Of a DNA stretch of 64,000 nt, positions 48,172-59,963 are shown one piece after another; position 1 is the stretch's first letter, and each line of letters opens with the position of its first letter. A program made the position numbers and the translations under genes. Location of the stretch: the NCBI RefSeq assembly GCF_947568905.1, contig NC_079172.1:31930001-31994000 (forward strand), written 5' to 3'. This stretch comes from Ostrea edulis (Eukaryota). The notes below the pieces were generated by a model, which saw nothing but the letters and a program-made list of their open reading frames with translations, did no database searches and had not been told where the DNA came from.

Positions 48172-50237
48172 TCAATCATTGCTCTCTTCAATTGAATTAA
48201 TGATATCTTTAATTCATTTGAAAAGAGCAATAATCATTTTAGAGAGAGAGAGAGAGAGAGCAACTATATAATTAAAGATATCTTCAATTCAACATATCCA
48301 CAACTGAATTAATGATCTCTTTAATTGAATTGTTGCTCTCTTTAAAAAAAATTATGCGTGCATTAATTCCTTATACAAAAGCATTGTAAATAATAGTGAT
48401 CATCAAATTATTTATACTGAGCTTTAAATTAATTATTGCGAGCAATATTTATACGAAATTGATACTCTCATCAATTGAATGTAAGAGAGCAATAATTGAA
48501 TTAATGCGCGCGTTAAATCAATCATTGCTCTCATTAATTCAATTGACGTGCGTAGTATTTCAATATTGATGAGAGCAATAATTGAATTGAAGCGCGCATT
48601 AATTCATTTGATGAGAGCAATAATTGATTTAATTCAATTAAAGAGAGCAAGAATTGAATGGATGATATCTTCAAATAATTGAAGATATCTTCAATTATTT
48701 GAGTTTATGTTAATTTGGCGATCCATAAAGATGCATTGAGTAATCTGATGAGCAGGTGCCCAAGGGTCATCTCAACCCCCATCATTTTTTGATGGTTCAA
48801 ATATCTGTAAAATTGTTGAGATTCCAATATACTATTGTTTGTTGTACATGACTCGATGCAAAGAGCTCCAGATTTTTGTTAGTCGTTTGTTCCACGTCCT
48901 CCAGTTGCCCCTCAAGGTGAAAAAAAATTTCCGAAAAATTATTGCACATCTAAAGGACACTACCAATCATCTCCCAAAAGATGATTTGGTTACTGTCTAA
49001 AATGCAAGATGAGAAATTCTAGAAACCAGGATTTTCTAAACGAAAATTCTGAAATCTTATTGCACATCTACAAGACACCACCAATTACCTTCCAAAACAT
49101 GATTTGACTACTGCGTGAAATGTAAGAGGAGTTCCTGGAAACAAGTTCTTGTACAAAAACATCGTACTTTTTTTTAACCCCCATTTTGCCCCCAGGATGA
49201 AAAGAAAATTCCATAAACTTATTGTACATCTGCAGGGCACCATCAATTATCTATTCTTCCAATATATTATTTGGCTAACGCATAAATTGCAAGAGGAGTT
49301 CTTGGAACCAAGGTATTTTTTATAGAAAAAAAAGTTTTTCGACCCCCATCTGGGCCCCATGGCGGGTGAAAATGAAAATCTGAAGCCATATTGCAACCAA
49401 TTACCTTCCAAAACATGATTTGGCTACAGTTTAAATGTAAGAGGGGTTCAGGGAAACAGTTTTTTTGGTTTGTTTTTGTTTGTTTGTTGTTGTTGTTGGG
49501 TTTTTTTGGAAGAAATAAAAACATTGTTTGTATTTTTTACTCACATTTGGGCCCCATTATATGTAATCGAAAACTCCGAAACCTATTTGCACATCTACAG
49601 GACACAGGATACCATCAATTACCTTTTAAAAAAATGATTTGGCTACTAAGTGAAATGTAGGAGGAGTTCTAGGAACCAGTTTTTTGTGGAAAAACGTCAT
49701 TTTTACCCCATTTTGCCCCCCCCCCCCCTGGGTAAAATTGAATGTTCCAAAACCTTATATTGCACATCTACAGGACACCACTTAGCATATTCCAAGATTA
49801 ATAGGTTACTGCTTAACATAAAAGAGGAATTTGAAGAAGAAGAAAGTGTGACAGACGGACGGACCAGGATAGCAATTAAGAATATACCCGAACTTTCTTT
49901 AGAAAATGTGGGTATAGCAATACTCAGTATTTATATATCAATTACGTGAATGGAATTAGGAAACAGACACAGCCCATGTTAGCCCTCTCCCAGGATTTTA
50001 ACACACACTCACCCACCACTCATTTCAAGCTAGCAGTCACGATGAAAAATCATCAAAGGACTGAGTATTCATAGAAAAATATTTAATTTGAAACCTATTT
50101 TATAAGACAATTTGTATTACATTCAAGTTTAGAATTAATAAATATCAATCGCAGCACGCATGAGCAACTTAGCTCGCATGAGAGGTTACACATTAATGAT
50201 GAATTGAATTTATGTCAGTAATTTGTATTGAAAGGAT

Positions 50238-50504
50238 TGATTGATTGAATATTGTTTAACGTCCCTCTCGAGAATATTTCACCCATATGGAGACGTCACC
50301 ACTGCCAGTGAAGGGCTGCAAAATTTAGGCCTATGCTCGGCGCTTATGACCATTGAGCAGGGAGGGATCTTTATCGTGCCACACCTGCTGTGACACGGGA
50401 CCTCGGTTTTTGCGGTCTCATCCGAAGGACCTCCCCATTTAGTCACCTCTTACGATAAGCAAGGGGGTACTGAGGACCTATTCTAACCCGGATCCCCACG
50501 GGAC
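50238..50504 (-). mobile_element. SINE-like retroposon with (CAAT)n tail and 9-bp TSD
   Basis: TSD TGAAAGGAT at 50229-50237 and 50505-50513; body TCGGATGAGACCG..AACCGAGGTCCCGTGTC..AAAGATCCC; further copies at 53910-54167 (-) and 54741-54872 (+). Confidence 0.8.
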
Positions 50505-51299
50505 TGAAAGGATGGAAGCAAATAAAATTTATCACACTTTTACTTTTCTGATCTTTTTTAACAATTAATTTTGCCACCTTACATGCATGAAAGTACAGAA
50601 TATGTACATTGATAATTTAGCTCATCAGAATATCACGATCTTAACCATTAAGTACCAATGAATATATTTCTTAGGTAGGGAAAACTATCCGATGTAGGGT
50701 GTTTTATTATCTCAAGACTGATTCTATTTTCATGTGCCAATCCATTTGTTATCATATTGCATTCAAATGCAGAACTGTAAATGTCTGGGAAACTATTGGA
50801 ACACACCAGAGAGCTACAGATCCACTGCGACCCCATAAATAAACCTCCAATTTACGACGCAAATTTTTCCGCACACGGTTGAGGTCTTATATTCCTGTAT
50901 TCTTGCATTGCTGTCTCAAACATTTAACATCGAAACATTCCTAAACATACTGTTCCACTATAATTACTTGTGTCCAAACATAATTGCAAATATCCATACC
51001 GCAGGCAGAGGAATGAATATCTTGACGTTTCGTGATTGGCGAAAACCAAGATTGAAATTATTTGGGATTGAATGAAATATTACACATATGAGAGTTTTAT
51101 CAATTGTCGGGGTGGGCGAGAAATCACTATGGAAATTATCATGTTGGATAAGGCCATGTCAATTTGTAATCTAGTTCGTCGGATTCGCTGCTTCTATTTA
51201 TAATAAATCAAAATTATAATATTATCAAATGATGATATCTGCCCGTGTGTCCAAAAATATCTGCGTAAAATATTTTCGAATTTTTTACAACAAGCACAC

Positions 51300-53614
51300 A
51301 AACGACCTTGATGCATCTCCGTAAACAAAACCCAAAAGTATTCTACAAACATTTCCGAAAAAGAAAGCCAAAAAATACTCCAATAGACTTAGAATCGTTC
51401 CACACTCATTTTAAAGATTTAGCTACATCTGTTCCCACAGAAGATTATTCTAATGTGGAAGACACGGGACCTACAGTTTTTAATGAACTAGATATGGAAA
51501 TTACCGAGAAAGAAATATCCGAAGCTATTGATCAATTAAAACGGGGGAAATCTCATGGTTTGGACTATATTTTGAATGAGTATTTCATGGAATTTAAAGA
51601 ATTTTTTGTACCATATTTGCATATTATTTTTAATCGAATCTTATCATCAGGATTTCTTCCAACACAATGGTCTGACGCTGTTATTGTGCCTGTTTTCAAA
51701 AAAGGTGATCCTTCTGATCCAAATAATTACAAAGGAATAAGTCTTGTTAGTTGTTTCTGCAAATTGTTTACTTCCATACTAAACAGAAGACTCGTCTCAT
51801 GGGCAGCCTCGTATGATATTATTTCAGATGCACAATTTGGTTTTCAACCCAAGCTAGGTACTACGGAGGCAATTTTTGCGCTTCATTGTCTTATAACACA
51901 ATCACTCCAATCCAAAAAACGATTATATTGTTGCTTCGTGGATTATAAGAAGGCATTCGATTCAGTTAACAGGGGAAAATTGTATAGAAAATTAAAACAC
52001 TACGGTATACAAGGGAAGCTGCTTACTATTGTTCGCTCCATGTATAGTAGGATTAGAACCTGTGTAAAATCCTCTGGTCACATTTCACAATTTTTTGAAA
52101 ATCACATTGGTCTATTACATGGAGAAGTGTTGTCTCCCCTATTTTTTGTATTGTATGTGAATGACCTTGAAATTGAATTTATCAAAAAAGGTAATCATTC
52201 GACTGATTTACAGTTATTAAGTCTTTATATTTTGATGTATGCTGATGACATGGTGTTGCTTGCAGAATCGGTTATTGAACTACAAAATATGTTAAATACA
52301 CTGCAAAGTTATACAGATGAATGGGATTTAGTTGTTAATGTAGCAAAAACTAAAATTGTTGTATTTAGAAATGGTGGGAAGATTCGCACAGATGAAAAAT
52401 GGGTGTATAAAGATGAAAGTATAGAAGTATTAGATCAATTTGTTTACTTGGGCGTTTTATTTAATTTTAATGGTAAATTTTTGGTAACGCAGAAACAGTT
52501 AGCATCACAAGGTCGCAAAGCATTATTTGCCCTTAAATCAACTATAAAACAATTGTATTTAAATCATTGTACCTTATTCTCCCTTTTCGATACCTATGTC
52601 TGTAGTATTTTGAATTACGGATGTGAAGTGTGGGGATTACATAAAGCACCTGACATTGAAAAGGTTCATCTGGATTTTTTAAAATTTGCACTTGGTGTTC
52701 GTAAAAACACTAATACAACCATGGTATATTTTGAAACAGGGCGTTTACCATTGTATTATGTTCGTATTTTGAGAATGTTCAAGTTTTGGTTTAAACTATT
52801 GCAGTCTGAAAATTGTATACTTAATGCTGCATATGAATGTTTATACAATATCTGTGAAAATACAAAGCACACAAATCGTAACTGGGCTACTTTTATCAAG
52901 GAACAACTTGATTGTTTGGGACTTAGTTATATGTGGCATGATCAACATAACTTAAATAGCCATATTTGTTTGCCAATAATACAACAAAGATTGAAGGATC
53001 ATTTTATTCAAAATTTACATAGCAACATGCAGTATGAATCAAAATGCACTATTTACAAACATTTGGTTGATAATTTTTGCTTGCAATATTACCTAGAAAA
53101 ATCTATTCCTAAATTGTACAAGAAGGGTATCTCCAAAATAAGGCTATCATCACATAATTTATCCATAGAAACTGGCAGACATAAAAATGTACCACGTGAA
53201 AAAAGGTTTTGTAAAACATGTATCACTGAAATTGAGGATGAATACCACTTTTTGTTAGTCTGTCCTGTATATTGCCAGATTAGAGCTAAATTAGTGAAGA
53301 AGTATTACTGGAGTAAACCCTCCATGTTCAAATTTATACAACTACTAAGTGTGAACAATGTTAAAGAACTCTGTAACTTGGGGAAATTTATCTGTAGAGC
53401 TCTTGAACTAAGAACAGTCCATAATATGTAATTTGTATCGTCATTCTCCTTTTTTACTATCACTATACTAGTGTATTTACTATATACTATTGTATGCTAG
53501 ATGTCTTTGAAAGAATTGGCCGTTTATTTTCAGCTTTGTAATTATTATCCATGTTCAATTTTGTTATAATGCTATAAAGATGTATGTCTTTCGCAATAAA
53601 GTTATTATTATTAT
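51300..53614 (+). mobile_element. 5'-truncated LINE (RTEX/L2-like) with AATAAA + (TTA)n tail
   Basis: RT ORF followed by a 3' UTR, AATAAA at 53595-53600 and GTTATTATTATTAT. Confidence 0.88.
51308..53431 (+). CDS. LINE reverse transcriptase with C-terminal CCHC motif (endonuclease missing)
   Basis: NYKGISL, QFGFQ, FVDYKKAFDSV, GEVLSP, LMYADD, YLG; C-terminus RLSSHNLSIETGRH..C..C..EDEYHFLLVC. Confidence 0.9.
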   Translation: MMHLRKQNPKVFYKHFRKRKPKNTPIDLESFHTHFKDLATSVPTEDYSNVEDTGPTVFNELDMEITEKEISEAIDQLKRGKSHGLDYILNEYFMEFKEFFVPYLHIIFNRILSSGFLPTQWSDAVIVPVFKKGDPSDPNNYKGISLVSCFCKLFTSILNRRLVSWAASYDIISDAQFGFQPKLGTTEAIFALHCLITQSLQSKKRLYCCFVDYKKAFDSVNRGKLYRKLKHYGIQGKLLTIVRSMYSRIRTCVKSSGHISQFFENHIGLLHGEVLSPLFFVLYVNDLEIEFIKKGNHSTDLQLLSLYILMYADDMVLLAESVIELQNMLNTLQSYTDEWDLVVNVAKTKIVVFRNGGKIRTDEKWVYKDESIEVLDQFVYLGVLFNFNGKFLVTQKQLASQGRKALFALKSTIKQLYLNHCTLFSLFDTYVCSILNYGCEVWGLHKAPDIEKVHLDFLKFALGVRKNTNTTMVYFETGRLPLYYVRILRMFKFWFKLLQSENCILNAAYECLYNICENTKHTNRNWATFIKEQLDCLGLSYMWHDQHNLNSHICLPIIQQRLKDHFIQNLHSNMQYESKCTIYKHLVDNFCLQYYLEKSIPKLYKKGISKIRLSSHNLSIETGRHKNVPREKRFCKTCITEIEDEYHFLLVCPVYCQIRAKLVKKYYWSKPSMFKFIQLLSVNNVKELCNLGKFICRALELRTVHNM

Positions 53615-53646
53615 GTGGCTGACAATATTTCTAATGACAGAAGCGC

Positions 53647-53725
53647 TAGTCTAACGCATGCCTGACCAAGTTTCCGCTACGTTGATGTAGCGTAGCGGAA
53701 ATTGGGTCAGGTGTGCGTCAGACTA
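53647..53725. mobile_element. 79-bp palindromic MITE with perfect 9-bp TSD
   Basis: TAGTCT...AGACTA, 35-bp imperfect arms; CAGAAGCGC at 53638-53646 and 53726-53734. Confidence 0.88.
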
Positions 53726-53909
53726 CAGAAGCGCGGGCTCTCGAGAAATTTCCAAACAGTGTAATACGGTGTTTTAAGTCATTCATGATGTACGATACTT
53801 CATAACACTGGATTTGAAGTTGTTCCTTATACTCCAATCGAAATGGAAGCCGATGAAACTTTTGAAGCGCTATTCGATGCCACCATTTAGAGAAAATCGA
53901 CAGCGTACG

Positions 53910-54167
53910 ATTGATTGAATGATTATATATTGTTTAAAGTCTCTTTTGAGAATATTTCACTCATATGGAGATGTCACCATTGCCAGTGAAGGGCTGCAAA
54001 ATTTAGGTATATGCTCGGTGCTTACGGCCTTTGAGCAGGGAGGGATCTTTATCGTGTCACACCTGCTGTGTCACTGGTCTGAGTTTTTGCGGTCTCATCC
54101 GAAGGACCGCCCCATTTATTTGCCTCTTACGACAAGCAAGGGGTACTGAGGACTATTCTAAACCGGA
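53910..54167 (-). mobile_element. SINE-like retroposon, copy 2
   Basis: Aligns along its length with 50238-50504. Confidence 0.75.
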
Positions 54168-55701
54168 CCGACAGTGAAAGACAAATTTTACAAAAGGTTT
54201 GGTGATTATTGATTATGTGTTCTATCAAAATTCAAGGAAATGCTAAAAGCGATGCAATGGAGATTTCAAAACCGGACATGTCCCTAGCAATATTCTTAGA
54301 AATGTAACCAAAATTAAATTGTTCAAAAAGACCTTATCATTAATATTGCAAAGTACATGCATTAGGTATATGAAGAAAATAAAGTATTTGAAACCTGAAA
54401 TACTTCTTAATTATTGTAAACTATATCAACAAAGTTGAAAAATATATAGTTCATCTGGTATAAACAAATGATATCTGATGATTGTATATCTTTATTTTTA
54501 AGCGCTTGCTTTTTAAAACCACACTCAATTCAATTAAAAATATTTATATTTCTTGTATTCGCTCGCCTCATAATTTTTATCTCCAAAATGAAAAATAATG
54601 TTTGTAAAATAATTTCGCCCTCTCGCCTCACTTTGTTTGAAAATCCGAAGATTGGTGTGGCCTAAAGATGTATTTGAAACATAGGGTATAGATGTAACTG
54701 CAGATTGCTGTACATTTGTATGTTATAATGAAGTACATGTGGAAATCCGGGTTAGAATGCTTGTCGTAACAGGCGACTAAATGGGAACTGAGACTGAGAC
54801 CCCGTGTCACAGCAGGTGTGGCATGATAAAGATCCCTTTCTGCTCAAAGGCCGTAAGCGCCGAGCATAGGCCTATTATTTTTGTGGGTTTTTTTTTATCA
54901 GCGCTTGGAATGCATTTTCCAATCTGGGTGGACATTTGTCAAAAATCAATACAGTATATTATTGAGAGGGTCAAAGTTTTGTACTAATATTAAGGTCTAT
55001 GGGAAATGCCCTGGTACTCTTTCCTATATAGGTCATTATAAACAACATCTTGCGTAGTTAGAAAATGGCTATACGCTGTCGACAATATTAGCAAATGATG
55101 TTTAACGATAAGTAAACAGCATAGATTTGTAATTAGAATTTCAAGAAAAACATTTAGCAACTAGCATGTCAGTCCATTGTTTCCGTATTTCGGAACCATT
55201 AAGAAGTGCTAACAGACAATGGACATCACCGACAGCAAGGCAGACGGACAGACAGACGAAGAACGGTGTGTGGTGACTAGGCGAGCTAAAACGGCTTGAT
55301 ATAAACTTGCCGCATCGCGAAACTGGGTGGGTATTTGTAAAATTCTGATTAAATTAGAAACACATGATATAAAGTGCAGTAATTACTATTTATAAATAAG
55401 TGTATAAAACATGTAGATAAATTAAGAAGTAGATAATATATACAAGCACCAAGCGTTTTAATACTGATTTCGAAGGCTGATATGGAGTAGCCTTTATGAA
55501 CTCCAGCAAACAGCGGGAAAAAACTAATACCTGTCTAATGGCGATTTACTAATACCTGTCTACTGACATTTTCGACATTAAATCTGATCGTCGTACTTTG
55601 TTTTAAGTATATTCATGTTCTTTTCCTCAGAACAAATCCAGGCATATTTAAGTGGTGGTAATATAATGCCATTTCCGCGTGATTTCCTCATGATCACGTG
55701 A

Positions 55702-56703
55702 CTACATTGTCGGACAGCGTTCAAACTGGCGTGACTGGTACCCGGGTACCGGAACAACAGATTTTCGGCCAACATGACGCAAAATTCGTCCCATTTGTCC
55801 TCGACTCTTTCGTAATATTTTTTGCGCTTCAGGATATCGAACTCGTGGTACTGCGCTTGAGAAAACACGTGAACTAGGAGGCTCGTGCATGAGTCTACTC
55901 ATCCTTCCGCCGAGATCTAAAGTGTAATTCGGATCTCCTTCCGGTTTTACCCTGGGAACTGCTCTAGAAGACTCAGGCATACGTGCATATTTATGCATTA
56001 AGTTACCCATTCTCTTGCCTTTGTCGAGATCGGCATTATCTTCACCTTCGGGTTTTACCCTGGGGACTGCTCTCGCAGAGACTGGTGCTGTCTGCTTTTT
56101 AGGACTGTGGATAATAGTTTTCATACGTTTCCCTTTGTCGAGATGAGCGTTACTTTCACCCTCTGGTTTCACCCTCGGAACTCCTCTGTCTGATAATGGC
56201 AATTTTCCATAACTATGAACGAGCTTTTCCATCCGCCCTCCTTTATGTGGCACGACTATTTCTTCAGCCTCTGGCTTCACCCTCGGTACGCGCGGCGTGG
56301 GGGTAGACTGTGCATACTTATGAATGATTCTTTTCATGCGCTTTCCTCTGCTGATGGATGCGATGGGCTCAGCCTCCGACTTTATTCTAGGTGGCGCTGT
56401 TTCTGGTCTTGGGGTGGCTTTGCCATTTAGCAGAGGTTTGATAGTCCCATTTTTACCGTGCTGGTAATTCGCTTTACAGGGGTCTGTTGGGCACCGTGGA
56501 ACAGGACGTGGAGTCCGTCGCTCCGTAAAACATCCAAAGGCCCATTTTCCGACGGACCCCCGATTGCGGTTGTAGTTAGACTCTCCCTCCGGCCGGACTC
56601 GTGGTACAAACACTGGTTCCCGGTAGGAATCGTCTATGTCGTATCCTGGATATGGTGGAATGGAGGAAGTAGAGGATCGTGATGACGTCACTTCCACATA
56701 CAT
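55702..56703 (-). CDS. Uncharacterised basic repeat protein (~8 x PRV[KR]PE..G.RM..H), 333 aa
   Basis: 1-kb GC-richer ORF; ATG in AAAACATG context 10 nt after an acceptor-like TTCATCTAG; repeats conserved at amino-acid level despite synonymous divergence. Confidence 0.8.
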   Translation of the reverse strand: MYVEVTSSRSSTSSIPPYPGYDIDDSYREPVFVPRVRPEGESNYNRNRGSVGKWAFGCFTERRTPRPVPRCPTDPCKANYQHGKNGTIKPLLNGKATPRPETAPPRIKSEAEPIASISRGKRMKRIIHKYAQSTPTPRVPRVKPEAEEIVVPHKGGRMEKLVHSYGKLPLSDRGVPRVKPEGESNAHLDKGKRMKTIIHSPKKQTAPVSARAVPRVKPEGEDNADLDKGKRMGNLMHKYARMPESSRAVPRVKPEGDPNYTLDLGGRMSRLMHEPPSSRVFSSAVPRVRYPEAQKILRKSRGQMGRILRHVGRKSVVPVPGYQSRQFERCPTM

Positions 56704-59700
56704 GTTTTGTCAACTAGATGAATATACAAAAATATATTGAAGTGAGATATTAATGGAAGCAAGAGAGACATAGAATCACAACAAATTTATGTCATTTTCT
56801 CATTACGATGAATAAACATTTTTAAAAACATATACTTTTGAGGTATCACTATAAAGATCTCGATGTTAGTACCACAAATACCTGAAACTGTCTCGCATCG
56901 GAATATGAAAATAAAATGTTCTAAGGAATGACGAGAGCTCATATTTCTGCAGAAATCACAGATAATGTGCAAAATATGTCTGACAAATATTCCGTTTTTT
57001 GGGGGGTTTTGTGTGTATTTTTTTTTCTTTATATTTTGAACATATTCCATTGAATACATAAAAAGGGTTGGAACCAAATTACAATAACTTCCTAGTTCCT
57101 CTTCTAATGATATACATGTACCAAAGTGTCATGCAATTTGATAGAATGAATTTTTTAGATATGCTGTATGCACATCAAATAGTCTTATATTGTGGGAAAT
57201 CTAGCCCTGCATTTGGTTTTTAGTTGTTGTGGATGGGTTGGGTTTTTTTATCGCCGATTGGTACATGTAAATACACTGGTGCTAACCGCCAACACAGTGA
57301 CTGTTATCTATAGAAATTGACAAGTATATCTAAAAGTCAACACGTGAACTTTTGATTTCATTAACTGTATTCTTATAAATCAATAATATACTAGTAAAGA
57401 TCCCGTACATGCAGAAATATCTTATATGGCTGTGCAACGTAGCAATTTAAGGGCTTGGCAAGAATTCAATCGGGTTTTCATTTGGCATTAAAAGGCCGAT
57501 TAATGCAATTCTTACGTACATAGACTTTCAACATTGAAATTAACCACACGTCATACAGCTTTTAATGTTATATTTCCTCATAGAAAATCATGATCTATTT
57601 AACGTGAATAAGAATTTTCGAAAATATTGAATAGATCAACAACATTTTGATGATATTATCTCAGAAATATCGAATTTGATATTAACGTTGTTACTCAAAC
57701 TTATCTGTAAAGTTCCCCTGATATTTTTCATTTGTTTTTTTTAAGAGATCCACACTGTAATTGAGACTTACATTAAGTTCTGTCGACTAAAATCCTCAGA
57801 ACATCGTCAAGATCGCTTAATATCCATTCCATCACTTGTTCATGCTTGATGTCGATTTGAACGGGAATTTAAACCATGGGCCTAGGTCAGATTATTTAAC
57901 ACAATACAAGATGGTAAGGGGCGCGGATCTACATATATATAAATAATCCAGTAATTTCGCACCAGGAAGCGGAACGTGTCTTTACTTATATAGAGACAGG
58001 GGAAAGGGGGGGAGGGGATAAAACATAGTACATCAGGGAACACAGCACACATCAGGGTTCTTTAAACACAAGACATGGAGATCTGGTCTCAAGACCATAA
58101 CTTGAGTACAGGCGAAAGTCTAAATTTCAAATCTAACTAACTTCTGAAGCAAGTAAAATTTTCAGTATATCTTTGCAATTATTTTTTTTATATACTAGCA
58201 GTTCCTTTTAAACATCTGTGCTAAGATCAAGCTTAACATATAAGTTATCAAAAATTAGACTTTAGCCTTCTATATATTCTTGAGACCTGGCGGATTTCCG
58301 AAACCCCAATTTTTACTAAAATAAAGGGCCGTGGGTCTGGAATTCCAATGGAACCATCCTGCATCATCTCCAGGATTCTGATGCTGTATAGATCCTGGAA
58401 TCTCCACTTGAACCTCAGCGATCCGCCAGGAGTACTGCAGGTCTGAGTACTTAGCACCAGAAACCATGCATATGTCTGTACACTAAAATCTACTCACAAA
58501 AGGAGCGCTATGATTCGCATGTCTCAGCTACCCTTCTTATTGATTCGTATGCAAGTGTGTACAATTCGTTTTCTGAACGTTAACTTGTTGCTATTATTCG
58601 CTCTCATGCGTCGGATTTAAACCGCTACAATTCGCAAATATTCGTTACAATTCGTAAAAGTTCGTAAACAATCGCAAAGATTCGTCTTTTGATCGTTCTC
58701 GTTTGCTTGAGATGCAAATCAGCTGATCACGATATGCAAATTTGCTGAAAGCTGCAATCTCAAACGCCAGTTGACAAACACTTCTCCGATTGGTTACGTA
58801 TTGAAACGAATGATAGACGAAACAGTTATTCGCCACAAATCTTTCAACATGCTGAAAATTTTCTGATGAACAGAACTAATCGCAACTGACACAAACGCTC
58901 ACAAACGCATCCATACGAACACCACCAGCGATGCACCACGTCTATACACTAATGAAAACGAATTTCGCTGTTCAAAGTTCAATTCGCAAGTAGACATCGG
59001 GGGATATTCGTCCATGTGTGAGGAGGCTTTCAAACTGAGTTTTTTGCTGCTTCGCGCTTTATAACTTGCGTTTGCAATGACTTGATGTTCCGCATTACTT
59101 CAATATCGTCGTTAACTGATTAACCACTAAATGATCCCCGCCAGCTCGTCTGCGGGAATGGTTGTGTTTCGGTTTCATCAACACAGAATTTCTTGACCAT
59201 GAATGGATTTGGCAGATGACAAGATGATTCCTCTTGTAGTTCTAAAGTTTCTCTATCATCTTCACAATATTCTGTCACCAACGGCGACGGGAATTTCACG
59301 ATGAGTGTGTTTTCAGCATTGCATTAGAATTGAAAGTGTACCGTGTCGTGTTTTGAACAATGTGTGTACTTTTATTTATTTATTTTTGGTGATGGATCTT
59401 GCCGTCCTTGGGGTGTAGAACAATGTGATTGGACCGTTTGTCTTTTCCTGATCTTTGTCTCTTTCTCTGTTACATTTAGATTCTCTGGTTGTACGGCGGG
59501 ACTGGTCACCCAAAAATATCACCCCCGTATGTTCAAGCCCCGCCTTCTTCAATCTTGTCCTCTGTTGTGTCTGTATGTAATTCTGATTGCGAATTTTTAG
59601 AATGGCAATCGCTTGTAGGTTTGTAAAGGGTTTCGGATTCTCCTCCGTGCTTTCACGAATTAAGCCATATCGCGGAATGTTTTCTTTCTCAAACTGTTCA

Positions 59701-59963
59701 ATCACTTTATAAATAACGAAATATCTCCCAATATTTATGGTAAGCCGTTTGACTATTCATTCGAAAAAGAGATATATCTTTAACTTTGAGATACATCTCT
59801 TTAAGTAAGGAATCTACTAAAGCGCATGGCTTTGGTGGATTTTTATCTGATTTTCTTGGGAAGTTTTCCTTCCAACTCAATTATTTCATGTTGTCTATCG
59901 CCTGCTTATGTTTTTAACTGCGTTTTCAAGATCATCCCGCTGTGTGTTGTATGACAAATTCCC

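Larger units (their letters stand above)
43897..48726. mobile_element. TIR element with GAGAGCAATAATTG subrepeats, hosting the Ngaro insertion
   Basis: Ends CGCCAAATTAACATAAACTCAAATAATTGAAGATATC and its reverse complement at 48680-48720; another copy starts at 63579. Confidence 0.8.

Noticed and set aside
57905-57920. ATG|GTAAGG, a possible ATG-only first exon on +
   Set aside because: No compatible downstream exon found in the window.
59040-59710. Coding-like segment (ORF 59705-59376, - strand)
   Set aside because: No recognisable domain, no consistent donor, and neighbouring frames contain stops; left unassigned.
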